64,000 nt of DNA. Origin: Candidatus Micrarchaeota archaeon (GTDB lineage Archaea > Micrarchaeota > Micrarchaeia > Anstonellales > Bilamarchaeaceae). Made by a program: the position numbers and the translations under genes. The stretch spans positions 19,967 through 83,966 of the forward strand of contig JAHJDH010000001.1 of assembly GCA_018812625.1 (NCBI GenBank). Direction: 5' to 3'. Each line of letters begins with the position of its first letter. Position 1 is the first letter of the stretch. The notes beneath the pieces are model-generated. The model was not told the DNA's origin. It saw nothing but the letters and a program-made list of their open reading frames with translations, and did not search any database. Below are positions 18,848 to 27,443 of the stretch, piece by piece.

Positions 18848-21025
18848 TTATAATTCGCTTTGGGGGTCATTTCCGCTGGCTTTGTGAAGGTTTTCTCCTT
18901 TTCTGACAACTGGAATGCCTCCTTCAACTGGCTCATTATGAATAAGATATCTTGTTTTTCCGCCATTTCCATCTGGCATCTCAACTTCTGGCAGTTTTGA
19001 TTCCAGATCAGCTGGAACTGCTTGCATATATCTTGTTTCGCCCTCTGGGAAATTCTTTAAAAATTCTCTTTTTATTTCGTCTAATTTTCTTTTTCGCTCT
19101 AAATTTATTCGGTTTTGTTCCCTTAATCTTTCCATTCCCTGGGCAGGTGTTTCTTGTCTGACTCCTCTGATTACTCCATTTTCGTATACTGTTTCACGCG
19201 TTCCTGAAATGGGATGGGGAAGATCAAGTGCAAGATACCATTTCCCTTGAATCGAAACAAATGGCGATCTTCCATTTTTTTCCAAAGCCATATGGGCCAT
19301 TATACTAACTGATACAAAAGCCTCGATGTCCATATCTCCAACTCGCTCAAGCATTTGCACAAGATATTTTCTTTTGCCTCCTGCATACATCTCTTCAATA
19401 GAAGGAATCTCCTCAGAATGCGGAATTACTCTTCCGTTTGGTGGGACTGGAGGTATGCTTCGAGTATCTTTGGTCTCAGATGGCATTTCAATTCCCTCAA
19501 GTATTTTTCTGCCATTTCTTTCTTCGCCCCAGATACTGAGTGCGTCTTCTTTTCTTGATACTATTCTTGATTTTGGCAATTTGGTTACAACATCTTTCCA
19601 AACTGCCATTGAGTGGATATTGAAAATATAATACTGGTTTTCTCCAAGTGTAATTATGGAAGAATCCTTGCACATCCCAAGAATTTCAAGGTTTCTTGGA
19701 TTCTTTGTATTCACATCCGGAACTGGATGCAAAAGTCTTGGCGCATCTTCTGGAATGTATAACTCTACTTCTCCAAGCTCTCTTTTTGTGAGGTCGTATC
19801 CGCAAAATCCTTTCGGCCATTCAACTTCTCGGTATTCTCTGACTTCAGCACCTATATTGCCAAGGAATTCGTAGTTTGTTAGGGATTCAGGCCAGACGTT
19901 TAGCACATTACCAACCCGTGCAACTGATTTTGATCCTGCAAATGGTTCTTTTAGAATATAATATCGCTGTCCAGCAAGCTTTACTTTCAACTCGTCCCTG
20001 CATGTCTCGAGTACTATTTGTTCTTGTTCATTAGTTCCTTCTGGCATTGGCAAAATCCATAATCGCGCTCTTTCTGGAAGAACTTCTTTGCACATTACAA
20101 GCTCCCTTTCATTTAGCTTGTATGTAGTATGTTCATCTGTCCATTCAATTCCAAGCTCAACATCGATTTCAATTTCTTCAACTGTCTCTTCTTCTTTTCG
20201 CTCTGCTTCTGCTCTTTCTGCTGCTTTTCTCTCTTCTTCAGCTTTTTTAGCATCTGCCTCTGCTTTGATTGCAGCTTCTCTTGCAGCTTTTTTCTTTGCT
20301 GCTTCATCTGCTATTTTCTTTTCTTTTGCTGCAACTATTACTGCTAGGAGCTCTCTTCTTTTTTCATTGAGCTCTTCCTCTTCCTTTTCAATCATCTCAT
20401 CAAGTACTCTCTCATCTTCAATTTGCTGAATGCCATCGATTAATTCATCTATCGGGGCATCTTCTCCTTCAAGACAAAACAATACCTCATCCTGAGGTCT
20501 CTCTCCAATCCATGGTTTTCTCTTTGGTGGAGTAACAGAAGGCAATTTTACTTCTGCCTTTTGAGTAGTATCCTCTCCATCTGGATCAATATCAAAGCTT
20601 GGAAGTGCTGGCGGTCCGGGTAATCTTACTTTCGGTATCGTCTGCTCTTCATCATCCAAATCAATCGGAGCAAGCAATGAATCGCGCTTAACCGTTACTT
20701 CTGCAGTAGGCTCTTCAACTTCTAAAGTTTGCTCTTCATCCAAATCAATCGGAGCAAGAAGAGAATCACCTTCTTTTACGTCTATAAATCTAGCATCCTC
20801 ACTAACTTCAATCTGTCCGGTAGTGACCTCCATTGTTGTTTCTGGGGATGGAGGTGGTTTTGATAATTTAACAAGTAGTATTGGTTCTGCTGTTTCTTCA
20901 TCTGGCCTTTTGTCTTCCAGGAGTCTTGAGGTTCTGAATCTTCTTGCTCTAGTGTCTGATAACTGTGGGAGTCTCTGTAGCATTCGGCGCATATCATTAG
21001 ATTTGTCTTTATTTTCACTAGGCAT
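18848..21025 (-). CDS. Orphan protein: acidic disordered N-half, charged helix, repeated C-terminal domain
   Basis: 725-aa ORF; DSLLAPIDLD repeat; EAK-rich helix; repeated Y.L..REL..C.D..YYI unit. Confidence 0.75.
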   Translation of the reverse strand: MPSENKDKSNDMRRMLQRLPQLSDTRARRFRTSRLLEDKRPDEETAEPILLVKLSKPPPSPETTMEVTTGQIEVSEDARFIDVKEGDSLLAPIDLDEEQTLEVEEPTAEVTVKRDSLLAPIDLDDEEQTIPKVRLPGPPALPSFDIDPDGEDTTQKAEVKLPSVTPPKRKPWIGERPQDEVLFCLEGEDAPIDELIDGIQQIEDERVLDEMIEKEEEELNEKRRELLAVIVAAKEKKIADEAAKKKAAREAAIKAEADAKKAEEERKAAERAEAERKEEETVEEIEIDVELGIEWTDEHTTYKLNERELVMCKEVLPERARLWILPMPEGTNEQEQIVLETCRDELKVKLAGQRYYILKEPFAGSKSVARVGNVLNVWPESLTNYEFLGNIGAEVREYREVEWPKGFCGYDLTKRELGEVELYIPEDAPRLLHPVPDVNTKNPRNLEILGMCKDSSIITLGENQYYIFNIHSMAVWKDVVTKLPKSRIVSRKEDALSIWGEERNGRKILEGIEMPSETKDTRSIPPVPPNGRVIPHSEEIPSIEEMYAGGKRKYLVQMLERVGDMDIEAFVSVSIMAHMALEKNGRSPFVSIQGKWYLALDLPHPISGTRETVYENGVIRGVRQETPAQGMERLREQNRINLERKRKLDEIKREFLKNFPEGETRYMQAVPADLESKLPEVEMPDGNGGKTRYLIHNEPVEGGIPVVRKGENLHKASGNDPQSEL
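20652..20758. repeat. 23-bp direct repeat within orphan gene
   Basis: TCATCCAAATCAATCGGAGCAAG at 20652-20674 and 20736-20758. Confidence 0.85.
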
Positions 21026-21184
21026 TAATTTCTCACGAAGTTAGTTTACCAAAAACAGTTTTTAAATGTTTGTATAAATGGTTATTTGTAAGTTTATTGC
21101 CGCATATATGATTTATATTTGTTTTCAAACAACCTATTTTCCTAATTCATGTAAAGCAAGAAGCTTACCTGAATGACTAAACAC

Positions 21185-21257
21185 GCGACCGTTGTCTAAT
21201 GGTTTATGATTCGAGCTTGCCAAGTTCGAGGCCCGGGTTCGATTCCCGGCGGTCGCA
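21185..21257 (+). tRNA. tRNA-Gly(GCC), intronless, CCA not encoded
   Basis: Acceptor GCGACCG/CGGTCGC-A; anticodon arm CGAGC-TTGCCAA-GTTCG; T arm CCGGG-TTCGATT-CCCGG. Confidence 0.97.
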
Positions 21258-21425
21258 TTCCGCCTTTTAGAAAAAGGCGGCCCAAAACTGGGGATTGACC
21301 TCCGAGAATGTTTCATTCTCGATGGTCGCATTTTTGCTTTGCAAAAATCGACAAGGAAAGCTAGCTTTCCTCTGTCGCATTGAAACTTTTCTTATCCTCA
21401 GCATCGGTCAAAGTTTCATCAAACA
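21258..21425 (+). repeat. Hairpin array with repeated tRNA 3'-end motif GTCGCATT
   Basis: GTCGCATT at tRNA end, about 21325 and about 21375, interleaved with five inverted repeats. Confidence 0.6.
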
Positions 21426-21437
21426 TCCTGTCCGGTT

Positions 21438-21989
21438 TTATCTGATTAAACTTCTGATTTTTTTGAACTCCTCAGTATCTGCCCGATCCATTAGCTGGAA
21501 GAGTACCATTTCAGTTGACACAACAAATGCTCCTGATTGTTTCATTCTTTCAAGACCTATTTTCGTATTCTTCTCTTTTCTTGAGCAGATAGAATCAGCA
21601 ACAGCATGCACCTCGATATCCCTATTGAGAGCCTCGAGCGCAGTTTTCAAAACACAGATGTGAGACTCAAGTCCAAAGAGTACAATCCTCCTTGCTCCAA
21701 GCTCTTTGATCTTTTCAGAAAACCCATCACAGCCAAAACAGCCAAAACTCATTTTTTCTATCAGATGCTTTTTCTCAGGAAGTTTGACCTTCTCTGTTAT
21801 ATGACCGAGTCCTTGTGGGTACTGTTCTGTAACAACAAGAGGCATTTCCAGTATTTCGGATGTCTTTACTAGTATGTTTGCATTTGCAATAGTTTCATCA
21901 ATACTGCTCATTGCAGGTATGAATTTCTCTTGAATATCAACAAGAACAAATACAGTTCCTTCTCTTTCCAATATGCCTAAGTTCTTCAT
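21438..21989 (-). CDS. Isochorismatase-family cysteine hydrolase
   Basis: LVDIQEKF, TEQYPQGLG, EKMSFGC, GLESHICV. Confidence 0.92.
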   Translation of the reverse strand: MKNLGILEREGTVFVLVDIQEKFIPAMSSIDETIANANILVKTSEILEMPLVVTEQYPQGLGHITEKVKLPEKKHLIEKMSFGCFGCDGFSEKIKELGARRIVLFGLESHICVLKTALEALNRDIEVHAVADSICSRKEKNTKIGLERMKQSGAFVVSTEMVLFQLMDRADTEEFKKIRSLIR

Positions 21990-22086
21990 CTCTCTATTTC
22001 TCTACTATGCCTAAAAAAACCAACTCTTCGTCAGATGCCTGAGCTTCTTCCGATACTTTTTAAACTCATCCAATCTTAGTGAATTT

Positions 22087-22881
22087 ATGAGTACATTAAT
22101 GGATGAAATGTTGGGACGATTAGAGATAAGAGAGGTCAAATCATTGCTTCCTCATGAACAGACAATCTCACCCAATGTCAAAAGACTCAAAGAATCGATG
22201 CTGAATATCGGTCAGGTTGTTGATCCAATCATTATTGATGATAATACTGGCCTTGTAATAGATGGGAATCACAGGCAAAAAGTACTTCGGATAATAGAAT
22301 GTCCTTATGCGCCTGTTCAAAAGGTTGATTATTCGCGCAAAGATATTACTGTAGGCACATGGTTTCCGTCTGTTTCACTTTCTCCAGAAGAAATCTTCAA
22401 GCTTGATTCAATAAAACACGAAAGTATTGATCCAGAAGCTGGAATGCAGGCAGTAGATAATCTCAAAGCACCATTTATGCTCCAGCACAAAGATGAGCAT
22501 TTCCTTGTCAATCCTGGCTCATATAAAATAGAGGAAATGGTGGAAGAGCAAAACTACATATTTTCGCTTCTTGAAAAAGGAGTAGTTGATTATATTTCTG
22601 ATGAGGAAACAAAAAGGGATCTTGATGCCGGAAATTCTGTTTTATTCAGAAGGTCCTATACAAAAGAAGAGATCCTAAAAGCAGCACAGGATCATGCTCC
22701 ATTCCCACCAAAATCAACTCGTCATCTTGTTCCAGGGCGAATTATCAGGCTGAACATGCACATTGGTTGGCTTCACCGTTCTATTGAAGATGCAACAACA
22801 GAAATGCAGAGAATGCTAAGTGCTCGTGTATATGCTGGAAATGTTAGAAAATACTACGAACCAGTAACTGTTATCTACTGA
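22087..22881 (+). CDS. ParB-N domain protein, SerK/SbnI-like serine kinase family
   Basis: LLPHEQ, PIIID, VIDGNHR, FPPKSTRH. Confidence 0.75.
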   Translation: MSTLMDEMLGRLEIREVKSLLPHEQTISPNVKRLKESMLNIGQVVDPIIIDDNTGLVIDGNHRQKVLRIIECPYAPVQKVDYSRKDITVGTWFPSVSLSPEEIFKLDSIKHESIDPEAGMQAVDNLKAPFMLQHKDEHFLVNPGSYKIEEMVEEQNYIFSLLEKGVVDYISDEETKRDLDAGNSVLFRRSYTKEEILKAAQDHAPFPPKSTRHLVPGRIIRLNMHIGWLHRSIEDATTEMQRMLSARVYAGNVRKYYEPVTVIY

Positions 22882-23174
22882 TCAAACGGATCAAATATAA
22901 CATTGTTTATTGCACTGTCTCTGCTTATTGGAGTTGAATTTAGTGCTTTTTGTATTTCATCTGGCCTAAATCCAACAACTATTTTTCCTTTAATCTCAAG
23001 TACTGGAACTCCTTTTTGTCCGCTTTTTATTATCATTTCCTTTGCCTTCTCGTGATCTGCAGCAACATCAAAGTCAACATATTCAATGTTGTTTTCTTTT
23101 AGATAAGTTTTTGCCATATCACAATATGGACATGTCGAAGTTGAGTATACAATTACCTTTTCTTTTTCTGCCAT
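22875..23174 (-). CDS. Glutaredoxin/NrdH-like redoxin
   Basis: YSTSTCPYC, SGQKGVPV; start moved to ATG 23174 after SD AGGTGG. Confidence 0.92.
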   Translation of the reverse strand: MAEKEKVIVYSTSTCPYCDMAKTYLKENNIEYVDFDVAADHEKAKEMIIKSGQKGVPVLEIKGKIVVGFRPDEIQKALNSTPISRDSAINNVIFDPFDQ

Positions 23175-23264
23175 AACTACCACCTGTGTATGTTTGATGC
23201 ACAAATGTTTTTTAAAATCAATTGGAGTAATGCATTTATCAAAAATAAATACACTGGTGAACTT

Positions 23265-23609
23265 ATGGTTGACATGTCCTGTATTGATCTTTCTGTGGAA
23301 GATCTTTTGCGATGCTCCTTTGGTCTTTCACGACTCGAAGTTACTGTTTTTATGAAACTTCTAAAGAACAAAAAATATGTTTCTGTTTCACATCTTTCTG
23401 CTACTCTTGGTCGTGAGCGCAGTGTTGTGCAGAGGGGCCTTGCAGGTTTAATGAAAAAGGGACTGGCCCAGCGTGATCAGTCAAACAAGGATCGGGGTGG
23501 CTATGAATTTCTCTACAAGGCCAAAAACAAGGATGCAATCAAATCATCTATTGTTGAAAAAAGCCGGGGCTTCTGCAAGATTGTCCAAAAAACTGCAGAT
23601 GATTGGTGA
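23265..23609 (+). CDS. TrmB-like winged-HTH transcriptional regulator
   Basis: CSFGLSRLE, ERSVVQRGL..L.KKGL, GGYEFLY; start ATG 23265 after GGTGA. Confidence 0.85.
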   Translation: MVDMSCIDLSVEDLLRCSFGLSRLEVTVFMKLLKNKKYVSVSHLSATLGRERSVVQRGLAGLMKKGLAQRDQSNKDRGGYEFLYKAKNKDAIKSSIVEKSRGFCKIVQKTADDW

Positions 23610-23642
23610 CTTCTTTTAATTATTTTCCTCTAATTTATCTTT

Positions 23643-24713
23643 ATGGGAATATTACTTTCTCCAGGTCCAGTACCTTTACTTGATGAAATATCTCAAGCCC
23701 AGACAAAGGAAATGATTACTCACAGGAGCAAAGCCTTTACTGAACTTTATGGCGACCTTGTCTCCCGCCTCAAAGGCTATTTCAACTGTGAAGAGGCCTA
23801 TGTATTAACAGGCTCTGGCGCACTTGGTCTTGAAACACTTATCCTCAATTTATGCAAAAAGGACGATTCGGTGGTCTGTTTTCCAAATGGTGATTTTGGA
23901 AACAAGCAGGTCCTTACTGTCAAAGTGCACTCTAGTGCAATTGTCCATGAAATAGAGGATGGAAAAGGCTGGAATCTCGAGAGAACAAAAGAAGCAATAG
24001 ATGGCAGCGAAGCTGATGTTCTTGCAATGGTTTACAATGAAACAAGCTTAGGCGTTACCAATCACATAAAAGAAATCTGCACCTATGCAAAATCCAAAGG
24101 AATGCTTACTATTATTGATGGAATTTCTGCTTGGCCAGGTACCAAACTCGATATGAAAAAATTCAATGTCGATGCATTTGTAACTGGAAGTCAGAAAGGA
24201 ACGGCAGCACCTCCTGGAATGGCACTTCTTGGTCTGAGTTCTGATGCTGTTGAAAAATTCAGCTCAAGGGATTATATTCCGAGCTACTATGCTGATCTTC
24301 GAAGACACAAAAAAAGGTTTGAGAAAGACAAGCAAACTCCAAATACTCCTGCAGTTACCCTGTTTTGGGCACTTCAGAAGGCATTTGATGTTATTGATAG
24401 AAAAGGAGGACTTGATTCTTGCATTTCGCGTCATGCTGAAACTGCAGCTCATGTTCGAGAGAGGTTAGTTGAAATGGGTCTTCCAATCATTGCAGAGCCT
24501 GGTTTTGAATCAAATACTGTTACTGGATTCATATGCCCCAAAGGCATTTTGGCATCAGATGTCAAATCAAAACTAGATTCAGAATATGGGATAAAAATTG
24601 TTGGTGCTCGAGGAGCATTCAAAGAAAGCGGCCTTCGCATTGCACATATGGGCAACTTCAAGATTGAAGATATCGATACTGCTCTTGATGCAATTGGGAA
24701 GCTGACTAGGTAA
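23643..24713 (+). CDS. Class V PLP aminotransferase (serine-pyruvate/alanine-glyoxylate type)
   Basis: PGP, ITHRS, YNETSLG, IDGIS, TGSQKG..PPG, LRIAHMG. Confidence 0.92.
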   Translation: MGILLSPGPVPLLDEISQAQTKEMITHRSKAFTELYGDLVSRLKGYFNCEEAYVLTGSGALGLETLILNLCKKDDSVVCFPNGDFGNKQVLTVKVHSSAIVHEIEDGKGWNLERTKEAIDGSEADVLAMVYNETSLGVTNHIKEICTYAKSKGMLTIIDGISAWPGTKLDMKKFNVDAFVTGSQKGTAAPPGMALLGLSSDAVEKFSSRDYIPSYYADLRRHKKRFEKDKQTPNTPAVTLFWALQKAFDVIDRKGGLDSCISRHAETAAHVRERLVEMGLPIIAEPGFESNTVTGFICPKGILASDVKSKLDSEYGIKIVGARGAFKESGLRIAHMGNFKIEDIDTALDAIGKLTR

Positions 24714-24762
24714 ACCCTTAAAAAAGCTTAACTTAGATATATTTCGGGCTTGAGGTCAGATC

Positions 24763-25947
24763 ATGCAAGATGCAAATGTCAACATTAACAAATTGGTTTC
24801 ACTAACTTTTGATGAGGATCCAGAGGTCAGAAAAAAAGCTGCCTCTTCACTCGCTGCTCATGGCGATCCTGGAGCTCTTTTTGCTCTTGTTGAACTTAGT
24901 TATGATAAGGATCAATCTGTCCGTGAAACTGCACTGAAACTTCTGGAACAAGCAAAAAAGGACGAACCAGAGGTCATGTCATTTGCAAAAATCTTTTCAA
25001 CTCCGAACAAAAAAACCGAAGAGAAAAAAACAGTTCCAAGAGACTCTCGGGAAAAGGTTCTTCTTCCAATTACTCAATTATTTGAAAAGAGGCTTGGTAA
25101 AGAGAAAGCAGCTCTTGTAAAGGCAAAGATGATGCCGACAATAGAGCGTATTTATCTCAAGAACAAGCCTTCTTCCAAAGAAAAATCTTCAGATGGCAGC
25201 AGAGCTGCAATGCAAGAATTTCTTACTAGTTATCTTGAGGTAATTTCTGACCTTGATCATATTGGTGATGGTTCACAAGAACCTCTTCTTGAAGTGGCTT
25301 CTGAAGAAATTCCATCCACTGAATCAATTGTCTCAGAAGTGCAAACAATTTCTGAGGAACCTGTGCTTTCAACTGAACTTGAAGAAGTTGGTATGAATGC
25401 CCATGTTGAAGGAATTTCTGCTGAGATTGCAAATCTTGAGATGGATCAGATCGAAGAATTCAAAGAACGCGAGGGAATGGAATTTCTTCCAGATACATTC
25501 TTCAAAAAAGCCTACGAGCTTATGATGCTTTCTAATGGAGATGACGAGCTTATGCGCAGAGAAATGAAGCGCATGAAAAAGGAAGCTGAAAATGAAATTA
25601 CTTTGGCATTTACTCTTGCAAAAAAGAAATTCAAAGAAGCAAACATAACCAATATTACAAAAATCAAAGATAAAATGCGCAATATCAATACTGATCCTCT
25701 TCTAGTTCGAAGCGTAGAAAATATGGAGTATCAAAAAACCAAGAAAATCAAGGCAATTGTTACTCGTATTTTGGTTAATGATGACGAGGGTAATGAGGGA
25801 GTTGTCTATCTCTTTGAAGATCGTGGAATTGCGCTTCAGCCTGGCATGAAAATCAAGGTGCAAAGGGCACTTGCCAAGACATTTAAGTTCTCTGGTGAGA
25901 CTGCACTCACTTTGGGAAAAAAGAGCAATATTTATATTGTTTTGTGA
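24763..25947 (+). CDS. HEAT-repeat protein with acidic linker and C-terminal OB-fold-like domain
   Basis: DEDPEVRKKAA / DKDQSVRETA; C-terminus ILVNDDEG..VYLF..LQPGMKIKV..ALTLGKKS. Confidence 0.7.
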   Translation: MQDANVNINKLVSLTFDEDPEVRKKAASSLAAHGDPGALFALVELSYDKDQSVRETALKLLEQAKKDEPEVMSFAKIFSTPNKKTEEKKTVPRDSREKVLLPITQLFEKRLGKEKAALVKAKMMPTIERIYLKNKPSSKEKSSDGSRAAMQEFLTSYLEVISDLDHIGDGSQEPLLEVASEEIPSTESIVSEVQTISEEPVLSTELEEVGMNAHVEGISAEIANLEMDQIEEFKEREGMEFLPDTFFKKAYELMMLSNGDDELMRREMKRMKKEAENEITLAFTLAKKKFKEANITNITKIKDKMRNINTDPLLVRSVENMEYQKTKKIKAIVTRILVNDDEGNEGVVYLFEDRGIALQPGMKIKVQRALAKTFKFSGETALTLGKKSNIYIVL

Positions 25948-26014
25948 GAAACGTTACTTATATATGTAAATCTTCAGAGTTGATTCTGAGGGAGCCTATC
26001 TTTTTGGTGTTGAA

Positions 26015-26182
26015 ATGGAACTTACTAAATATGAACTTGCAAGAATTCTTGGCGCAAGAGCATTACAACTTTCACTTGGTGCTCCACCATTAATTAAAAT
26101 CAAAGATGAAAAAATGTCATTTATACAAGTTGCAGAGCAGGAACTTGATAAAAAAGTCATGCCACTTACTGTAGTTCACTGA
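26015..26182 (+). CDS. rpo6: RNA polymerase subunit Rpo6 (K/omega), 55 aa, absent from ORF track
   Basis: MELTKYELARILGARALQLSLGAPPLI...AEQEL..KVMPLTV. Confidence 0.95.
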   Translation: MELTKYELARILGARALQLSLGAPPLIKIKDEKMSFIQVAEQELDKKVMPLTVVH

Positions 26183-26817
26183 GTAACCAGCTCTACTACA
26201 TATCCTTCTCCTATTGTTTTTAGCAGGATCCTTTTTTCTTCGTCTATCCATTGGTATTCAGATGGTCCTTTGGATGAGCTTATTTCAACTACAAATGCCA
26301 TTCTTCCGCTGTAGTTTTCTCTTCTCATAACTCTATACTGGTTGTCTGAAATATGATTGTAAATTTTGTCATATTTCACATACTTTGAATTATTCCATTT
26401 CCAGTTATCATCAAGAGCAAGCATCCAGGGCTTGAAGAGGAGAAATGCCATATTTCCAAAAGTTGAATTTGATTTTGTGCTGTCCATCCCCCATTCATCC
26501 AAGCAGACGTGAGTGAAGTTTGCACTTTCCTGCATATAGATTATTGTGCATCCGCTTCCACTCATTACTCTATATGTTATGTTGACTCCTGTGTCATTTA
26601 TGAGATAGCTGTATTTGTATTCATCTCCAGGAAGAATTTGTAATTTGACATTTTTCTCAAGAGGCTCTTCATTGAATATTATTTCTGGATCATCAAATTG
26701 GGGCTTTAATGCAAATCCTGAAAACAGCATTATTCCAATTAAGATTATGACTGCAACTAGCGTTGTATTTTTCGTTCCAATGTCAAACAAACAATCATCT
26801 CCATTATTTATTGCCAA
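26176..26817 (-). CDS. Hypothetical membrane-anchored extracellular protein
   Basis: N-terminal TM; beta-rich body ending WIDEEKRILLK; start uncertain. Confidence 0.65.
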   Translation of the reverse strand: MAINNGDDCLFDIGTKNTTLVAVIILIGIMLFSGFALKPQFDDPEIIFNEEPLEKNVKLQILPGDEYKYSYLINDTGVNITYRVMSGSGCTIIYMQESANFTHVCLDEWGMDSTKSNSTFGNMAFLLFKPWMLALDDNWKWNNSKYVKYDKIYNHISDNQYRVMRRENYSGRMAFVVEISSSKGPSEYQWIDEEKRILLKTIGEGYVVELVTQ

Positions 26818-26832
26818 ATCCAGAACTTAATC

Positions 26833-27348
26833 CTACTGTTTTCTTGCAATTTCTCCGAATTTTGCATATGGCTTTCCTGTTTTTGAGTTAAGCTCTTCAA
26901 ATACTACTTGAGATATTCTCATTCCTGCATGAAGTTTCACTGGAAACGGAGCAAGGTTTACGATTTCAAGAACCTGGTGATTGCTGCTTCCAGGCTGAAC
27001 AAGAGCGCTTGTGATGTGGATGACAAGTCCCATTCTTGCATATCTGCTTCTGCCTTCCAGATTTCCCATAATATTTGCTGGCAGAGTGATCTTTTCTTTG
27101 GTCCTGGCAAGGCACATTTGCCTTGGTTTTAGTATAATGCTTTTTGCTTTTTTAATATTGAAAGATTTTTGGAAAGGAGTTTTTGAAAGGTCCACTGTTT
27201 TCTTTTTTAATTCTGGCTTGAAAAAATGCCATTCATCTGCAAGAGTAAGATCAATGCTTGCAGGTCCAATCTGCCTATCCTCAAGCGGCTCGATTTTTAT
27301 TGTTCCTTTTTTCAAAAGTTTTTTGATGTCAATATCAGAAAGTATCAT
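26833..27348 (-). CDS. dcd: dCTP deaminase
   Basis: MILSDIDI, PASIDLTL, EGRSRYARMGL, LEIVN, GMRISQ. Confidence 0.93.
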   Translation of the reverse strand: MILSDIDIKKLLKKGTIKIEPLEDRQIGPASIDLTLADEWHFFKPELKKKTVDLSKTPFQKSFNIKKAKSIILKPRQMCLARTKEKITLPANIMGNLEGRSRYARMGLVIHITSALVQPGSSNHQVLEIVNLAPFPVKLHAGMRISQVVFEELNSKTGKPYAKFGEIARKQ

Positions 27349-27443
27349 GTCAAAACCCTCAATATTTTAGGTTGGGGTTTTCTATCCCCATACTATGTTC
27401 TGAAGGCTGTATTAAAATATGTTTTTGATTGATTTTTTGATAT

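Noticed and set aside
21134..21663. Track ORFs 21134-21331 and 21295-21663
   Set aside because: They overlap tRNA-Gly, the hairpin array or the antisense of the isochorismatase gene
21185..22000. Integrated element or provirus at tRNA-Gly
   Set aside because: Only 8-9 bp echoes of the tRNA end within 130 bp; no integrase or viral genes nearby
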